DNA of 64,000 nt from a virus (taxonomy: Duplodnaviria > Caudoviricetes). Position 1 is the first letter of the stretch, and each line of letters opens with the position of its first letter. Location of the stretch: IMG/VR virus record IMGVR_UViG_3300044627_003892; one strand, given 5' to 3'. The notes below the pieces were generated by a model. It worked only from the letters and a program-made list of their open reading frames with translations, searched no databases and was not told the DNA's origin. This document shows positions 38,301-48,231 of the stretch, piece by piece. A program made the position numbers and the translations under genes.

Positions 38301-40985
38301 TCCACTTAACTCATCGTCTTGAAATGATAATAATTGACCTAATGTATAATCAGGCGCTGATTTATCTAAGACTAAAACCATAATATTATCTAAGTGGTGA
38401 GCAGTAGGTGCCGGATTTTCAGTGGGAAACCATTTAACTTTTATTTGGTTCCAACCGAGTTCGAAACCATCACCAAAACCAGGAACGTTATTAAAATATT
38501 TTGATTTAGTATTAAATAAGTTATATAACTCAGAAGTCGGTAATACAGTTGTTGTATAAAATTCACCCGTAAGAGTTAATTCTCCTTCATCACTATTATA
38601 ATACGTTTCTTGGATTGGGAATCTTTTTATATTAACATCTAAAGAACCTCCGAATACTTGAGCGTAATTATTTATTTGATTTGCAGCTATTCCATTATAT
38701 GTCACAGTCGCTGTTGAATTAATTAAAAAAGATGTTTGAGGGTCACCAGGTGGTTGTGGGAACGAACCTAATGAACCATCCATTTCAGTGTCAATAGATG
38801 TTGATGAATTACACTTACATCGTTCACATCCATCATCGGTATATAAAACTAATGGTAGAGTAAAATTTTTCAATTTATTTCCAATCTCTTTAATTTTATC
38901 TAATTGGGTCGTCAATAAAACCGCTAAACCTATATATATTGCTACGTATATGGTGTACAAAATCGCAAGAGCAAGAATTCCCCAGTTAAATACTGTAACC
39001 GCACCAAGACCAACTCCCACAGTTACAACATTAGAGTAAAAAGAAATCGCCGCACTAGCGTCTTGAGCAGCTTGAACAGTCAAGTACGCAATTAAGAAAA
39101 GAAATAACAATGGTAAACCAGTTGTCATTAACCACGCAAGAACATGTATAATAAATAAAATCGGTAGAGATAGAAACTTAAATACATTTAAGAAAAATGA
39201 TATTACTAAATAAATAAAATCAAACCTATAGAAAGCGTCATTAGTTGGAAATGTGTTATAATCCCCCTGACAACTTGTATCAGTAATTTTTTTAACACCA
39301 ACAGTATTCCAAGCAAATCGACTACCCTGATACCTATCAATAAACTGAGTTGTTGTATAAACTTTATTATACGACATATCATAAAATGTATCTCTACAAT
39401 TAATTGCCTCATCAGGTACCGCATAATCATTCCAATCTAAACTGAAAGCATAAGAACCTTCCAACATAAACCTATCAAAAGGAATATTATAAAATGTGAA
39501 GAGATATTGAGCCGCAGGGTCTTCTCTATAAAATTGCAAAATATATGTTCCAGGTTCTCTAAATACTTGACTAAGATAAGGATTACCATTAGGGTCAGTA
39601 ATTGTCAAATCTTTAACATTCTGAACTGTTTTAATTCTAATAATTTGTCCTTGGGTCACGGGGAGATTTAAAGTAACTAAATCACCATCAGGTAATGTAG
39701 TACTAGGGTCAGTAGCTTCAAATGTACCAAATGGGGTTAATATTGGGTCAGTAAATGGGTCTTCCCATCCTCTTTCTTTAATGTTTGGTATTAAAAAATA
39801 CGCTCTTTTAGTTGGGTCACTTAAAGCAGGTGATTGAGACCACTTAACTTTAAATCTATATTTACCTCTTGTAGGTACTCCCAATTTAGGGTCATTACTT
39901 ATTTTTTTAACCCCATTCTCATCGGTATATACATAATCTAAGTTCATAGGTACTTCTAATACCCATACACCATTTTCGTCAATAACTTTACCATCATTAT
40001 CTAATTGAGCTTGTTCTAAAATTGGTCTACCATCCTTATCATTGAAGATTGTTTGTCTCAAAGCCACTATCTGACCCGGACCTGTGGTCATGGTACATAA
40101 TTCACCAGCAGTCCTTTTAACTTTACATGCCGATTGTGTTTGATTTAAAAATTTAAAGTTTTTACCAACTTTTTGTGTGTCGTCAGTAGATATTATTGAA
40201 CCCATAAAAACCGCAGTAGGTTCAAGTTTAACATTAGCTTCAGAAGTTAAATCAAAATCAACTCTTGCAATGTTATAATTACAAATCTCAAATTCACCAA
40301 AGAATGGTTCAATCTGAACAGTCTTTTGACTTGTTATAATTTGTGGTAACTCAGCATAATTTGTTGATGTTTTAAATTTTGAACCATTAACAGTATCTTC
40401 AGTTGCCAATCCCATTCTTATCAAATCCTGAGGAGTTAATGAAAACTCACCAATATCTGAAAGGTCAACTTGCATAAATAAAGTTTGTTGACCCACTGGA
40501 ACTCCAAAAATCATGTAGTCACCCGACTCATTTGTTTTAACTGTAAACTTGTAATATTTTTCATAAACCTGAATAAGTGGTTTATCTGTTAAAACATCTA
40601 AACGTTCAGGAAAAGTTCCTACAGGTACGTGACCTGAGTGCGACTGAGTGTAAGGTAAAAGATTATATCTATATCCATCCTCATTAATATCTGTAAAACT
40701 TGTGTAAGGATATAATGATGCAATATAGTCATTTTGTGTATCTATGTCCTCGATTGGAACAAATACTGAAACTCTCGCATTAGGAATACCAAAACCATTA
40801 TTACAGAATATTCTACCACAAACAACACCATAATCCGAACAACTTCTAATGTAGATGTCATCAGGACGAATAGCCAAAGACAAAATTTCTAAAGTATCAA
40901 AATTTTGTTCTAAAACTATAGGTATCTTAACAGGGATATTTTGATTAATACCTAATTGGGTACGTATTCTATATGACTTCGGCAT
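35310..40985 (-). CDS. very large virion protein with an N-terminal carboxypeptidase-regulatory/transthyretin-like Ig segment and an internal multi-helix hydrophobic segment (1891 aa)
   Basis: GRIFCNNGFGIPNARVSVF...TNESGDYMIFGVPVG (Ig-like); about 105-aa hydrophobic stretch near 38910..39225. Confidence 0.6.
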   Translation of the reverse strand: MPKSYRIRTQLGINQNIPVKIPIVLEQNFDTLEILSLAIRPDDIYIRSCSDYGVVCGRIFCNNGFGIPNARVSVFVPIEDIDTQNDYIASLYPYTSFTDINEDGYRYNLLPYTQSHSGHVPVGTFPERLDVLTDKPLIQVYEKYYKFTVKTNESGDYMIFGVPVGQQTLFMQVDLSDIGEFSLTPQDLIRMGLATEDTVNGSKFKTSTNYAELPQIITSQKTVQIEPFFGEFEICNYNIARVDFDLTSEANVKLEPTAVFMGSIISTDDTQKVGKNFKFLNQTQSACKVKRTAGELCTMTTGPGQIVALRQTIFNDKDGRPILEQAQLDNDGKVIDENGVWVLEVPMNLDYVYTDENGVKKISNDPKLGVPTRGKYRFKVKWSQSPALSDPTKRAYFLIPNIKERGWEDPFTDPILTPFGTFEATDPSTTLPDGDLVTLNLPVTQGQIIRIKTVQNVKDLTITDPNGNPYLSQVFREPGTYILQFYREDPAAQYLFTFYNIPFDRFMLEGSYAFSLDWNDYAVPDEAINCRDTFYDMSYNKVYTTTQFIDRYQGSRFAWNTVGVKKITDTSCQGDYNTFPTNDAFYRFDFIYLVISFFLNVFKFLSLPILFIIHVLAWLMTTGLPLLFLFLIAYLTVQAAQDASAAISFYSNVVTVGVGLGAVTVFNWGILALAILYTIYVAIYIGLAVLLTTQLDKIKEIGNKLKNFTLPLVLYTDDGCERCKCNSSTSIDTEMDGSLGSFPQPPGDPQTSFLINSTATVTYNGIAANQINNYAQVFGGSLDVNIKRFPIQETYYNSDEGELTLTGEFYTTTVLPTSELYNLFNTKSKYFNNVPGFGDGFELGWNQIKVKWFPTENPAPTAHHLDNIMVLVLDKSAPDYTLGQLLSFQDDELSGDANKNVTTGTTIFPASINVNYANPDFLSNNGSNLNTTYIVPVLSSTTSVSGTSSFASDVEYFQVITGMTIGQYESLANPNPDVLSFGVRYLQRITPSIGQSVLKIPMIRTLGGNNASNVVYGNDSTDIYLTNYITDYDEYKIVLLQRGIDAHSPRIPQQIDLSRIFGFPTYNSGLVISGEFKMNYPITGTIYSERHDNTLNNTSNLFKPSYAFTYTQNDYITTGNTTLPSYYSSVDSNLFNTLNGGLTYNGNNINNPWDFINPTDTTINYVGTNILNDITVPNGEVLTVNSSNVCNEPSVTTSSPNSFNPPSYHVNSLTKIFTNPQTIYTLYLNALGSFSFYTKQVDNRCTSNRNVLGYQGNEVVDGASFMRSNFSFNGETGIFWDVPVFNTMPKFTDGSGALGSAIQDSNYQAPYNGNPKFFSTQYSTGMTTSLSNDSNIVFRSDRLPTSTTIQTARINSFLLHQNSQFAIFKVSDEGASEQVITIDTTPQTNNENSQIFTPPSYAAVLESLSNCSEAVPLPCYGLNSQNQPIILPNCVEDYIDPSDSKKYFLKGYGCYNFVSKPITTLGKDIKNIVELFTRINLNLALCFDITSHNFTNQYVNGTLYAYPFQNQRIFDLNNNPSSLYCTDLIYLHDQTSNFYYRSSPFQTPDQTNPETGSFIGKKNNRGNATGTGNDKFLGSPTTLLDLGPKSDFIQELVYNDDYDGYIVDKVKSTSFQAISDILNLFILSRLINTSFNEQITPNTESGDEGSNDPSVKALFSNSRWNNNGATFVPGYVDGDYSQMIAINSQFGITEFSPESYSSDSVYIGQNTVSLGGGASIGFPLFGLLLTGNTQDRDYISPRRTIWNSGGTLTNNQQLIDCWFTNITTNSQEVPFYQWSLDYLSQTPQNIFGSQSNNYYTNDNSFFSYKYQSLDRLNPASQYFQNDQADGYYIRGTQINFDNNGVPTESIPQNFEQTFLVGAPFYFYFGLKKGASAMDVFITKYINTEVNV

Positions 40986-40997
40986 TTTACTTTTTTA

Positions 40998-41004
40998 ATA
41001 AATA
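40998..41004 (-). promoter_or_regulatory. TATTTAT intergenic motif
   Basis: 12 nt upstream of ATG 40985. Confidence 0.55.
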
Positions 41005-41045
41005 GTTTAGCTACTATTTTCAAAATAGTAAATTATGTTCGAAAG

Positions 41046-42884
41046 TTAAGAGAAATTAACAGTACCTAAATTTAAAGTACTCACAGTAATGTCCTTATTT
41101 GGGAATCTAATTTGATAAATTTGTGATGGTGTTGCAAATAATGTTTCATTAATCAATCCAATTTGTTTTGTAGCACTATCACTATACGGTTGAGATGTTT
41201 GATTTGAGGAATATAAACCTCCAACTAAATTAAATACATTTAGCTCACTAATAGATAAAACACCATTTAATGATTGTATTAATCTTTTTAATTCTGACAT
41301 ATAAACATTTTCACCCATGTTCCTGTTTAAAGGACTAAAAAAAGTATCCACAGTGTTAATTATATTTGTAACAACAGCTCCTTGATTTTGTGTTGAGTCT
41401 AATACTACACTAATATCAATTTTTAAATCAATAACCTCAGCACTTTCAACTGAAATATAATCATTAATCATTCGATAATTTGAGAGATAATTTGACACAT
41501 TTGTTTTTAAACTACTTGTTAAATTTGAATCTAATTTACCTTCGTCATCAAACGTTAACATTTTAACTTTAATTTTATTATCCTCTTCAGTTATTGCAAC
41601 TTTAGCCGGTGCTCCAAACTGAGACGGCATTTTTCTCAAAATTGAGTTATAATCATTAATTGTTACCGCTCTATTTTGAGAAGAGAAATTAAATCCAATT
41701 AAATTTCTAACCTCTTCAATTGTTGGTACATTAGCACCTCCAACAGCTGCGGTAACATTGGTACAAGACATACTATTAATAACCGAACTATTAATTGATT
41801 GATTTGGCCCATTAACCGCAAAATTTATCGTACCAATTTGGTTGATAACCCCTGTACCTAAATTAGTCCCCAATCCACCACCAATTCTATATTGAACAAA
41901 TAATGTTGTATTTGGTGTGATTGTTGAACCTAAAGATAAATTGTTCGAGTATTTGGATAAATCTAAAGGTGTACCATTTCTAGCAAATTCTCTTAATAGT
42001 TCATCTGTTGACTGACTTCCCCCACCAAATGTCATTTTTAAAAATCCTTGAGGTGTGTATTCAGTTATAAATTTATCACTTGTTTGAAGATATCTGCCAA
42101 CTTTTTTTCCAGCCGCACTTTGTGAACCTGTCGGGTCTTCTACAAATATCCTATCTTGTGCTAAAGCGTCAACCTCATACCACCTATTATTTAATCCTAA
42201 AAATTCTTCAACAGACGGAACATTATTATAGTTTAGTCCATCTTTTAATAAAACACTTGTAACACCTAAAACATTTTTTTCAGGTAAAAATAATTCTAAA
42301 AATGGTCTTGACTCAGAGGTAGTAATTGTTTTTCTAAATACTTTAGTAATACCATTAACTACGGGTTCTCTTTTAGTAATTCTATAATTTATTGTTGTAC
42401 CATTTGCGTTTTGAATTGGTGTTTTAGTTCTATTTCTAAAACCTTCACTATTTGTTTCCTTTGAGAAATCTATATCATTTGCAGTTTCAAACACTTGTCC
42501 AGCTCCGTATACTTGTGAACCTCTTCTTAATATTCCACAATATTTAATATTTTCTTTATCTCCCTCAACAGGAACTACAATTGAAAAATCAACTAAAGCA
42601 ACTGACGGTCTTTGTCCAGGTATTTTAAGTCCATATGTTCTCGCAATGTTATATATTGATGAACTCTGTTGAGCATATTGTAAAACAGTTTCTTGTATAC
42701 CTCTATCAATATGATAATGTAAATTATCCGTAACTGCAGCATTAAGGTCTAAAAATACTGAGAAAACCGCTGCATCATTAACATTTTGAATTAACTCAGG
42801 ATAGTAAGCTTTAACAAAATTTACTAACTCTTGTCTTATATTTTGAAAGTCCCTTGTTGTGTATGATATTTGTTTGTTTGCCAT
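41046..42884 (-). CDS. baseplate wedge subunit (T4 gp6 / P2 gpJ-like) (612 aa)
   Basis: SYTTRDFQNIRQEL, QETVLQYAQQ.SSIYNIARTYG.K, QNRAVT.NDY; adjacent to the gp25-like gene. Confidence 0.85.
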   Translation of the reverse strand: MANKQISYTTRDFQNIRQELVNFVKAYYPELIQNVNDAAVFSVFLDLNAAVTDNLHYHIDRGIQETVLQYAQQSSSIYNIARTYGLKIPGQRPSVALVDFSIVVPVEGDKENIKYCGILRRGSQVYGAGQVFETANDIDFSKETNSEGFRNRTKTPIQNANGTTINYRITKREPVVNGITKVFRKTITTSESRPFLELFLPEKNVLGVTSVLLKDGLNYNNVPSVEEFLGLNNRWYEVDALAQDRIFVEDPTGSQSAAGKKVGRYLQTSDKFITEYTPQGFLKMTFGGGSQSTDELLREFARNGTPLDLSKYSNNLSLGSTITPNTTLFVQYRIGGGLGTNLGTGVINQIGTINFAVNGPNQSINSSVINSMSCTNVTAAVGGANVPTIEEVRNLIGFNFSSQNRAVTINDYNSILRKMPSQFGAPAKVAITEEDNKIKVKMLTFDDEGKLDSNLTSSLKTNVSNYLSNYRMINDYISVESAEVIDLKIDISVVLDSTQNQGAVVTNIINTVDTFFSPLNRNMGENVYMSELKRLIQSLNGVLSISELNVFNLVGGLYSSNQTSQPYSDSATKQIGLINETLFATPSQIYQIRFPNKDITVSTLNLGTVNFS

Positions 42885-42885
42885 A

Positions 42886-43347
42886 TTATATATTAATTAT
42901 TACAAAACTACTTGAGTTAAAGACATCATTTGTTATTTGATAATCAATTCTTACTTTAGCAGTATATTCTTTAGTTGCTAATCCTGGTATTGTTAATTGT
43001 GTATTTACAACATTTCCTTCTGTTGTAACATATGGTCCGGCTTCTTCTGATGAAAGAGCGGTAACCCTTATTGATGTTATCAATAAGTTAGGTATATATG
43101 TCTCCACAGAATCTTTAATCTCCGATTCAATATCATTAAATGTTGGTCCATCTAATGGTTCAAAAATATATTCATACAATCTTGTACCAAAATCAGGTAA
43201 AAAATATCTACTACCTTTTCGAGTTAATAATAAATGTATTAAATTATTTTTAATCTCATCACTAGTAGTTTCAGATAAATTAAGATATTTTCCAGTTAAG
43301 GAATCACCAAAAGGAAAATTAATACCGTATGTTACACCATTACCCAT
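42886..43347 (-). CDS. baseplate wedge subunit, gp25/GPW family (153 aa)
   Basis: GINFPF, IKNNLIHLLLTRKGSRYFLPDFGTRLYEYIFEP is the gp25-family signature. Confidence 0.9.
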   Translation of the reverse strand: MGNGVTYGINFPFGDSLTGKYLNLSETTSDEIKNNLIHLLLTRKGSRYFLPDFGTRLYEYIFEPLDGPTFNDIESEIKDSVETYIPNLLITSIRVTALSSEEAGPYVTTEGNVVNTQLTIPGLATKEYTAKVRIDYQITNDVFNSSSFVIINI

Positions 43348-43352
43348 ATTTC

Positions 43353-43359
43353 ATAAATA
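43353..43359 (-). promoter_or_regulatory. TATTTAT intergenic motif inside an 8-bp hairpin
   Basis: 5 nt upstream of the gp25-like ATG 43347, just downstream of the nrdA terminator. Confidence 0.55.
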
Positions 43360-43368
43360 GTATGAAAT

Positions 43369-43393
43369 TAAAAATCCCGACCTAGCTCGGGAT
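43369..43393 (-). terminator. intrinsic terminator-like hairpin after nrdA
   Basis: Minus strand ATCCCGA-gctagg-TCGGGAT followed by a T-run, 16 nt after the nrdA stop. Confidence 0.7.
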
Positions 43394-43409
43394 AACACAT
43401 CGGATTTTT

Positions 43410-45842
43410 TTAAGAAGAACAACCAAAACAATCAAATTCACTATTTTCAGGTTTGTCAGGTAGATTCATATAACTGTAATCAACCTTTGGTGGTTCAGGT
43501 GTTGGTTTTGGTTTGTTAATTTTTGATACGTCCATAGCCAAGTGTTTAGCTCCCGTTGAGATTGCTCTTGTTCTAACGTAATAACAAAGTGTTTTCAATC
43601 CTTTTTCCCATCCATAAAAATGTGATGATGAAATCTTTGACAATGTTGGGTTTGACATATAGATATTCATTGATTGTGATTGGTCAATGAACGGTGCTCT
43701 GTCAGCCGCCATTTCAATCAATGCCTTTTGTGAGATTTCCCAAATTGTTTTATACTTTTCAATCAGTCTTTCAATTCTCTTAACTTTAAAGTTATATCTT
43801 TTATCTTCAGGGTCCAAATAATTCAAGAAGTTAATTCCTTGAATTGAACCTTCATTCATAATGATTTCATTCTTTAAGTCCTCAGACCAAATTCCAATCT
43901 TCTCAAAATCACTAATCAAATACTTGTTAACAATCATAATCTCACCACCAATTACACGTCTGTTGAAAATTGCTGAATGAGCAGGTTCTGTCATTTCATA
44001 TGACCCTGTAATCTTAGCTGAAGACGCTACAGGCATTTGAGCCGTAAATAATGAGTTACAAACTCCGTATTTACTAACATTTTCTTTTAGTGTCCCCCAA
44101 GGCCATCTTCCTGATAACTCATCTTCTTTCAATCCCCACATATCAAATTGGAATACCCCTTGTGACATTGGTGACCCTTCAAAGTGAGTGTATGGTTCAT
44201 ACTTACCATCTATACACAATCTGTTACTTTCAGTGATTGCTGCGAAATAGATTGTTTCAAAAATCTCTTTATTTAATTTACGAGCCTCTTCAGATGTGAA
44301 GATGTAATCCATCAAATAGAATACATCCGCAAGTCCTTGAGTTCCAATAGCAATTGCTCTTTGGTCTAATCCACCCTTATGACCTTTTTCAGTTGAATAA
44401 CTATTAATGTTAACTACTTTATTTAATGCTCTAACAACCTTACGGGTTTCATCATACAACCCTTTAAAATCAAACTCACCATCTTTTACATAGTTCTTTA
44501 ACACCATAGATGAAAGAGTACAGATTGCTGTAGTTTTCTCGTCAGTATACTGGTAAATCTCATTACAAAGATTTGATTGTTTGATTACACCAATGTTCTG
44601 ATGGTTTGTCTTTCTATTAGCACTATCTTTAGAACATAAGTATGGAACCCCTGTTTCAACTTGTGATTCAATAATCTTATTCCAAATTTCCTGAGCCTTA
44701 ACTTTCTTACCAAGACCCATACTTACGGCTAATTTATAATTTTCTTCATATTCATCACCGTAACTTTCTTGTAATGGTTTGATACCCGCCTTAATAATAT
44801 CGTTAGGACAAAACAAATACCAATCGTTGTTGTTCTTAACTGCGTTCATAAAGTTGTCAGGAATCCAAAGTGCTGTAAACAAATCACGAGCTCTTAATTC
44901 CTCAGCTCCTGTGTTCTTTTTAATTTCCAATAAGTCAAAGATATCTTTATGCCAAGGTTCCAAGTAAATCGCTGCCGAACCAGGTCTACGTCCTTGTTGA
45001 TTAAAGAAACGAAGTGACTCGTTAACAATCTTCAAATACTTTAATAATCCACCAGCATATCCACCTGAAGATGAAATACGACTCTCCTTACTACGAATGT
45101 TAGACATTGATAATCCGATACCCGCAGCGTCAGATGAGTAGGTTGAGATATCTCTCATGGTATTTAACAAACCTTCTCTTGAATCCGAATCATTATAATG
45201 AAGAACACAAGAAGCAAGTTGTGGTGTTTTAGTACCAGCATTAATCATGATTGGTGTTGCCGGAGATATTCTTTGTGTTGATAACGCTTGGTAATACTCA
45301 ACCGCCTCCTCAAATGTGTTAGTCACCCAAAGAGCAACTCTCATATACATATGTTGTGGACGTTCAACTACTTTACCTTCCGACAATTTTAAAAGATACA
45401 TTTCAGCAAGTGACCTCCAAGCAAAATAATCAAAGTTATAATCATTATCGTGATTGATAACTTCATCAATGTTAGAAGGTCCGTATTTTTCAATAGTCTC
45501 CATTAATTTTTCATTGATGATACCTTCACCATGTAACAAATGCATTGTGTTTGAAAAACTTGGGTCAGTTTCCTTATGGTAAGATGAAATAGCAACTGAC
45601 GAAGCTAATCTTGAGTAATCGTGATGACTACCTGTAAATGCCGCAGCAATTTCATAGATTAACTTATCTAATTCTTTTGTTGTAATAATACCTTCAGTTG
45701 GTACTGAAGTGATAACCTTAATAAAGATTTCATCGGAGTTGACACTCAACCCCTTTGAAGCTCTTTTGATACGGTTATAAATTTTCTGTGGATTAAATGA
45801 CGAATCATCTCCACTTCTTTTTTTAATTTTAAGTGACATCAT
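43410..45842 (-). CDS. nrdA: ribonucleotide reductase class Ia alpha subunit with ATP cone (810 aa)
   Basis: N-terminal ATP cone (IKKRSG...KIYNRI), SPATP, QLASC, SNLCNEI (catalytic N-x-C-x-E), TLCYYVR, C-terminal CFGC. Confidence 0.97.
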   Translation of the reverse strand: MMSLKIKKRSGDDSSFNPQKIYNRIKRASKGLSVNSDEIFIKVITSVPTEGIITTKELDKLIYEIAAAFTGSHHDYSRLASSVAISSYHKETDPSFSNTMHLLHGEGIINEKLMETIEKYGPSNIDEVINHDNDYNFDYFAWRSLAEMYLLKLSEGKVVERPQHMYMRVALWVTNTFEEAVEYYQALSTQRISPATPIMINAGTKTPQLASCVLHYNDSDSREGLLNTMRDISTYSSDAAGIGLSMSNIRSKESRISSSGGYAGGLLKYLKIVNESLRFFNQQGRRPGSAAIYLEPWHKDIFDLLEIKKNTGAEELRARDLFTALWIPDNFMNAVKNNNDWYLFCPNDIIKAGIKPLQESYGDEYEENYKLAVSMGLGKKVKAQEIWNKIIESQVETGVPYLCSKDSANRKTNHQNIGVIKQSNLCNEIYQYTDEKTTAICTLSSMVLKNYVKDGEFDFKGLYDETRKVVRALNKVVNINSYSTEKGHKGGLDQRAIAIGTQGLADVFYLMDYIFTSEEARKLNKEIFETIYFAAITESNRLCIDGKYEPYTHFEGSPMSQGVFQFDMWGLKEDELSGRWPWGTLKENVSKYGVCNSLFTAQMPVASSAKITGSYEMTEPAHSAIFNRRVIGGEIMIVNKYLISDFEKIGIWSEDLKNEIIMNEGSIQGINFLNYLDPEDKRYNFKVKRIERLIEKYKTIWEISQKALIEMAADRAPFIDQSQSMNIYMSNPTLSKISSSHFYGWEKGLKTLCYYVRTRAISTGAKHLAMDVSKINKPKPTPEPPKVDYSYMNLPDKPENSEFDCFGCSS

Positions 45843-45862
45843 AGTTCTATATAAGTAATAAA

Positions 45863-46822
45863 TTAGAAATCGTCAGTAAAGGACAAAGTTTCATTTAATT
45901 TAGCCTTTTGGTATTCAACAGTTCTTGACTCAAAGAAATTACCTTTTGTTTCAACTGCGATTTGTTCCATAAATTTGAACGGTTGTTCAACATTAAATTG
46001 TTTTTTACATCCAAATTTTACTAATAATCCATCAACCACAAACTCAAGATATTGTTTCATTAAATTTGAATTCATACCAATAAGTGAAACTGGTAGAGAT
46101 TCAGTAATGAACTCTTTTTCAATCTCTAATGCTGACAATAGAATTTCTTTAATTCTTTTTTCACTCGGTTTGTTTTCAATGTGATTGTTTAATAAGTGAA
46201 TTGCAAAGTCACAGTGTAGGTTTTCATCTTTGAAAATCAAAGCGTTAGCATTACACAATCCTTGCATAATACCTCTTGATTTCAACCAAAAGATAGAACA
46301 GAATGAACCTGAAAAGAAGATACCTTCTACCGCAGCAAACGCAACCAATCTTTCTTGGAACGACGCATTTTCAATCCAATCCAAAGCCCATTTAGCCTTC
46401 TTCTGAACTGCAGGTAGGTTATCTAAAGCAGTAAAACATTTGTTCTTCTCATCTTCATTTGACACGTAAGTATCAATAAGAAGTGAGTACATTAGACTAT
46501 GGATGTTTTCCATTGCTAACTGAATTCCGTAAAAGAATTTTGCCTCAGGATATTGTACTTCTCTGTAGAAATTCTCAGCCAAGTTTTCATTTACAATACC
46601 ATCTGATGCTGCGAAAAACGATAAAATATTTTTTACAAAATACTGTTCATTCTCTGATAAGTTTTCCCAATCACGTAGGTCACCACTTAAATCTATTTCT
46701 TCTGCCGTCCAAAACGCAGCTTGATGCATCTTATAATATTCCCAAATATCGTTGTACTTGATTGGGAATATTACAAAACGATTTGGATTTTCTACTAAAA
46801 TTTTTTCCATTTTTTGTTCCAT
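45863..46822 (-). CDS. nrdB: ribonucleotide reductase class Ia beta subunit (319 aa)
   Basis: [29 protein letters not shown] (radical Tyr), [21 protein letters not shown]. Confidence 0.97.
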   Translation of the reverse strand: MEQKMEKILVENPNRFVIFPIKYNDIWEYYKMHQAAFWTAEEIDLSGDLRDWENLSENEQYFVKNILSFFAASDGIVNENLAENFYREVQYPEAKFFYGIQLAMENIHSLMYSLLIDTYVSNEDEKNKCFTALDNLPAVQKKAKWALDWIENASFQERLVAFAAVEGIFFSGSFCSIFWLKSRGIMQGLCNANALIFKDENLHCDFAIHLLNNHIENKPSEKRIKEILLSALEIEKEFITESLPVSLIGMNSNLMKQYLEFVVDGLLVKFGCKKQFNVEQPFKFMEQIAVETKGNFFESRTVEYQKAKLNETLSFTDDF

Positions 46823-46835
46823 ATTGTTTTAATAA

Positions 46836-48206
46836 TTATACTGTTGTTTGTTTTCTTTTCTCCATAATTTCTTTAATTCTACTTCTATTTCTTTCTTCCT
46901 TCTGTTCTTCAAGTCCTAAGAATGTTGTAGTACTTTCTGTATCAATTTCTAACATTTCGTTATTGAACTTACAGTTTTCAAATACCACCCCGTCTTTACC
47001 AATTCTTGACTTTGTGATAGCAATCGTCGCAAGATTTAATTCTTTTTGTTGTAGTGACTTGGCTACCGTGATGATAACGTGTCCTACCTGAGCTTTCTTA
47101 ATAGAACCACCCATTTGGTCAGTTGTAACCACATCAGATGAAATAGAACTTCTATTACCCTGTGTTGCCGTCCAACCGGCAATATCCAATTCATGACACA
47201 TTGACTCAAATGCTCTCATAACTGAACCTTCAGATTTCCATTCATCGTCCATCATCTTTTCAGGTGTTACACAATCAATATAATCCAAAATAACAACATC
47301 AATCCTTGTCCCGTCAGCAATCATCTTTCTAATCTGATTTTTAATCTGATTCATCGTTAATGTATCCGAAGGTAACTTTTTCATAATCAACTTGTTTGGC
47401 ATGGTTTCTTTAATCTCAGCGATTTTAGCCATAACCTTTTCTTTATGATTACCAAGTTCGTCAGGTGCTATACCCGTCCAACACGTAAAATGTTTTCTCT
47501 GAATGATTTTATAGTTATCCTCAAAGAAGATTTGTAAAACATTAAACCCTAAATTAAAAGCGTGATTAGCAATCTTTGTGGTCAGTGTTGATTTACCAAC
47601 ACCAGTGGGTGCTAATATAACACCAATTTCTCCTTTTGCCAAACCACCTTTCAAAAGATTGTCAATACCCGGTATTCCCATAGGGATTGGATGTCTATAA
47701 TCATCCGCTAATACCTCATCTAAGTCTTGAAACACATCTCCCGTTCCTCTATCCACGTTTCCAACCTGTAAAGCTCCTCTAACCATTTCTTCCAAGGTAT
47801 CGTAGTTTTCAAACTCACCGTGGTCAATGATTTTCTTAGCTTTATCCATAACTTTTTGAAGTTCTTGTTGTTTACAAAACTTCAAAGCCTTTTCCTGAAC
47901 AAACTGAGTACCCTCTTCGGTAACATTCTGTATATCAGAAATAGTGTCAAGAGTTATCTTTAATAATAACTCCTGACTAATTTCACTCTTAGCTTTTTGT
48001 TGAATTGTCTCAAAACTAGGACTGTGTTCAAACTTTGAATAGTATTCTTTTACCATCTGAACAAATAATCTAAAGTATTTGTTTTCAAAATAAGTAGATT
48101 CTATCACCTCAATAATTGAGTGTGAAAAATCCTTATCAAGTATCATTTGATTAAGAAGTTGTAATTGGAAGGTCTCTCCCAAATAGTCAAAATTTTTGTC
48201 AGCCAT
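46836..48206 (-). CDS. replicative DnaB-like (SF4, T4 gp41-type) helicase (456 aa)
   Basis: Walker A APTGVGKST, FFED, LDYID, TATQGNR, KSRIG. Confidence 0.92.
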   Translation of the reverse strand: MADKNFDYLGETFQLQLLNQMILDKDFSHSIIEVIESTYFENKYFRLFVQMVKEYYSKFEHSPSFETIQQKAKSEISQELLLKITLDTISDIQNVTEEGTQFVQEKALKFCKQQELQKVMDKAKKIIDHGEFENYDTLEEMVRGALQVGNVDRGTGDVFQDLDEVLADDYRHPIPMGIPGIDNLLKGGLAKGEIGVILAPTGVGKSTLTTKIANHAFNLGFNVLQIFFEDNYKIIQRKHFTCWTGIAPDELGNHKEKVMAKIAEIKETMPNKLIMKKLPSDTLTMNQIKNQIRKMIADGTRIDVVILDYIDCVTPEKMMDDEWKSEGSVMRAFESMCHELDIAGWTATQGNRSSISSDVVTTDQMGGSIKKAQVGHVIITVAKSLQQKELNLATIAITKSRIGKDGVVFENCKFNNEMLEIDTESTTTFLGLEEQKEERNRSRIKEIMEKRKQTTV

Positions 48207-48224
48207 ATTATGTTTGTTTTTAGA

Positions 48225-48231
48225 ATAAATA
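48225..48231 (-). promoter_or_regulatory. TATTTAT intergenic motif
   Basis: 18 nt upstream of the helicase ATG 48206. Confidence 0.5.
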
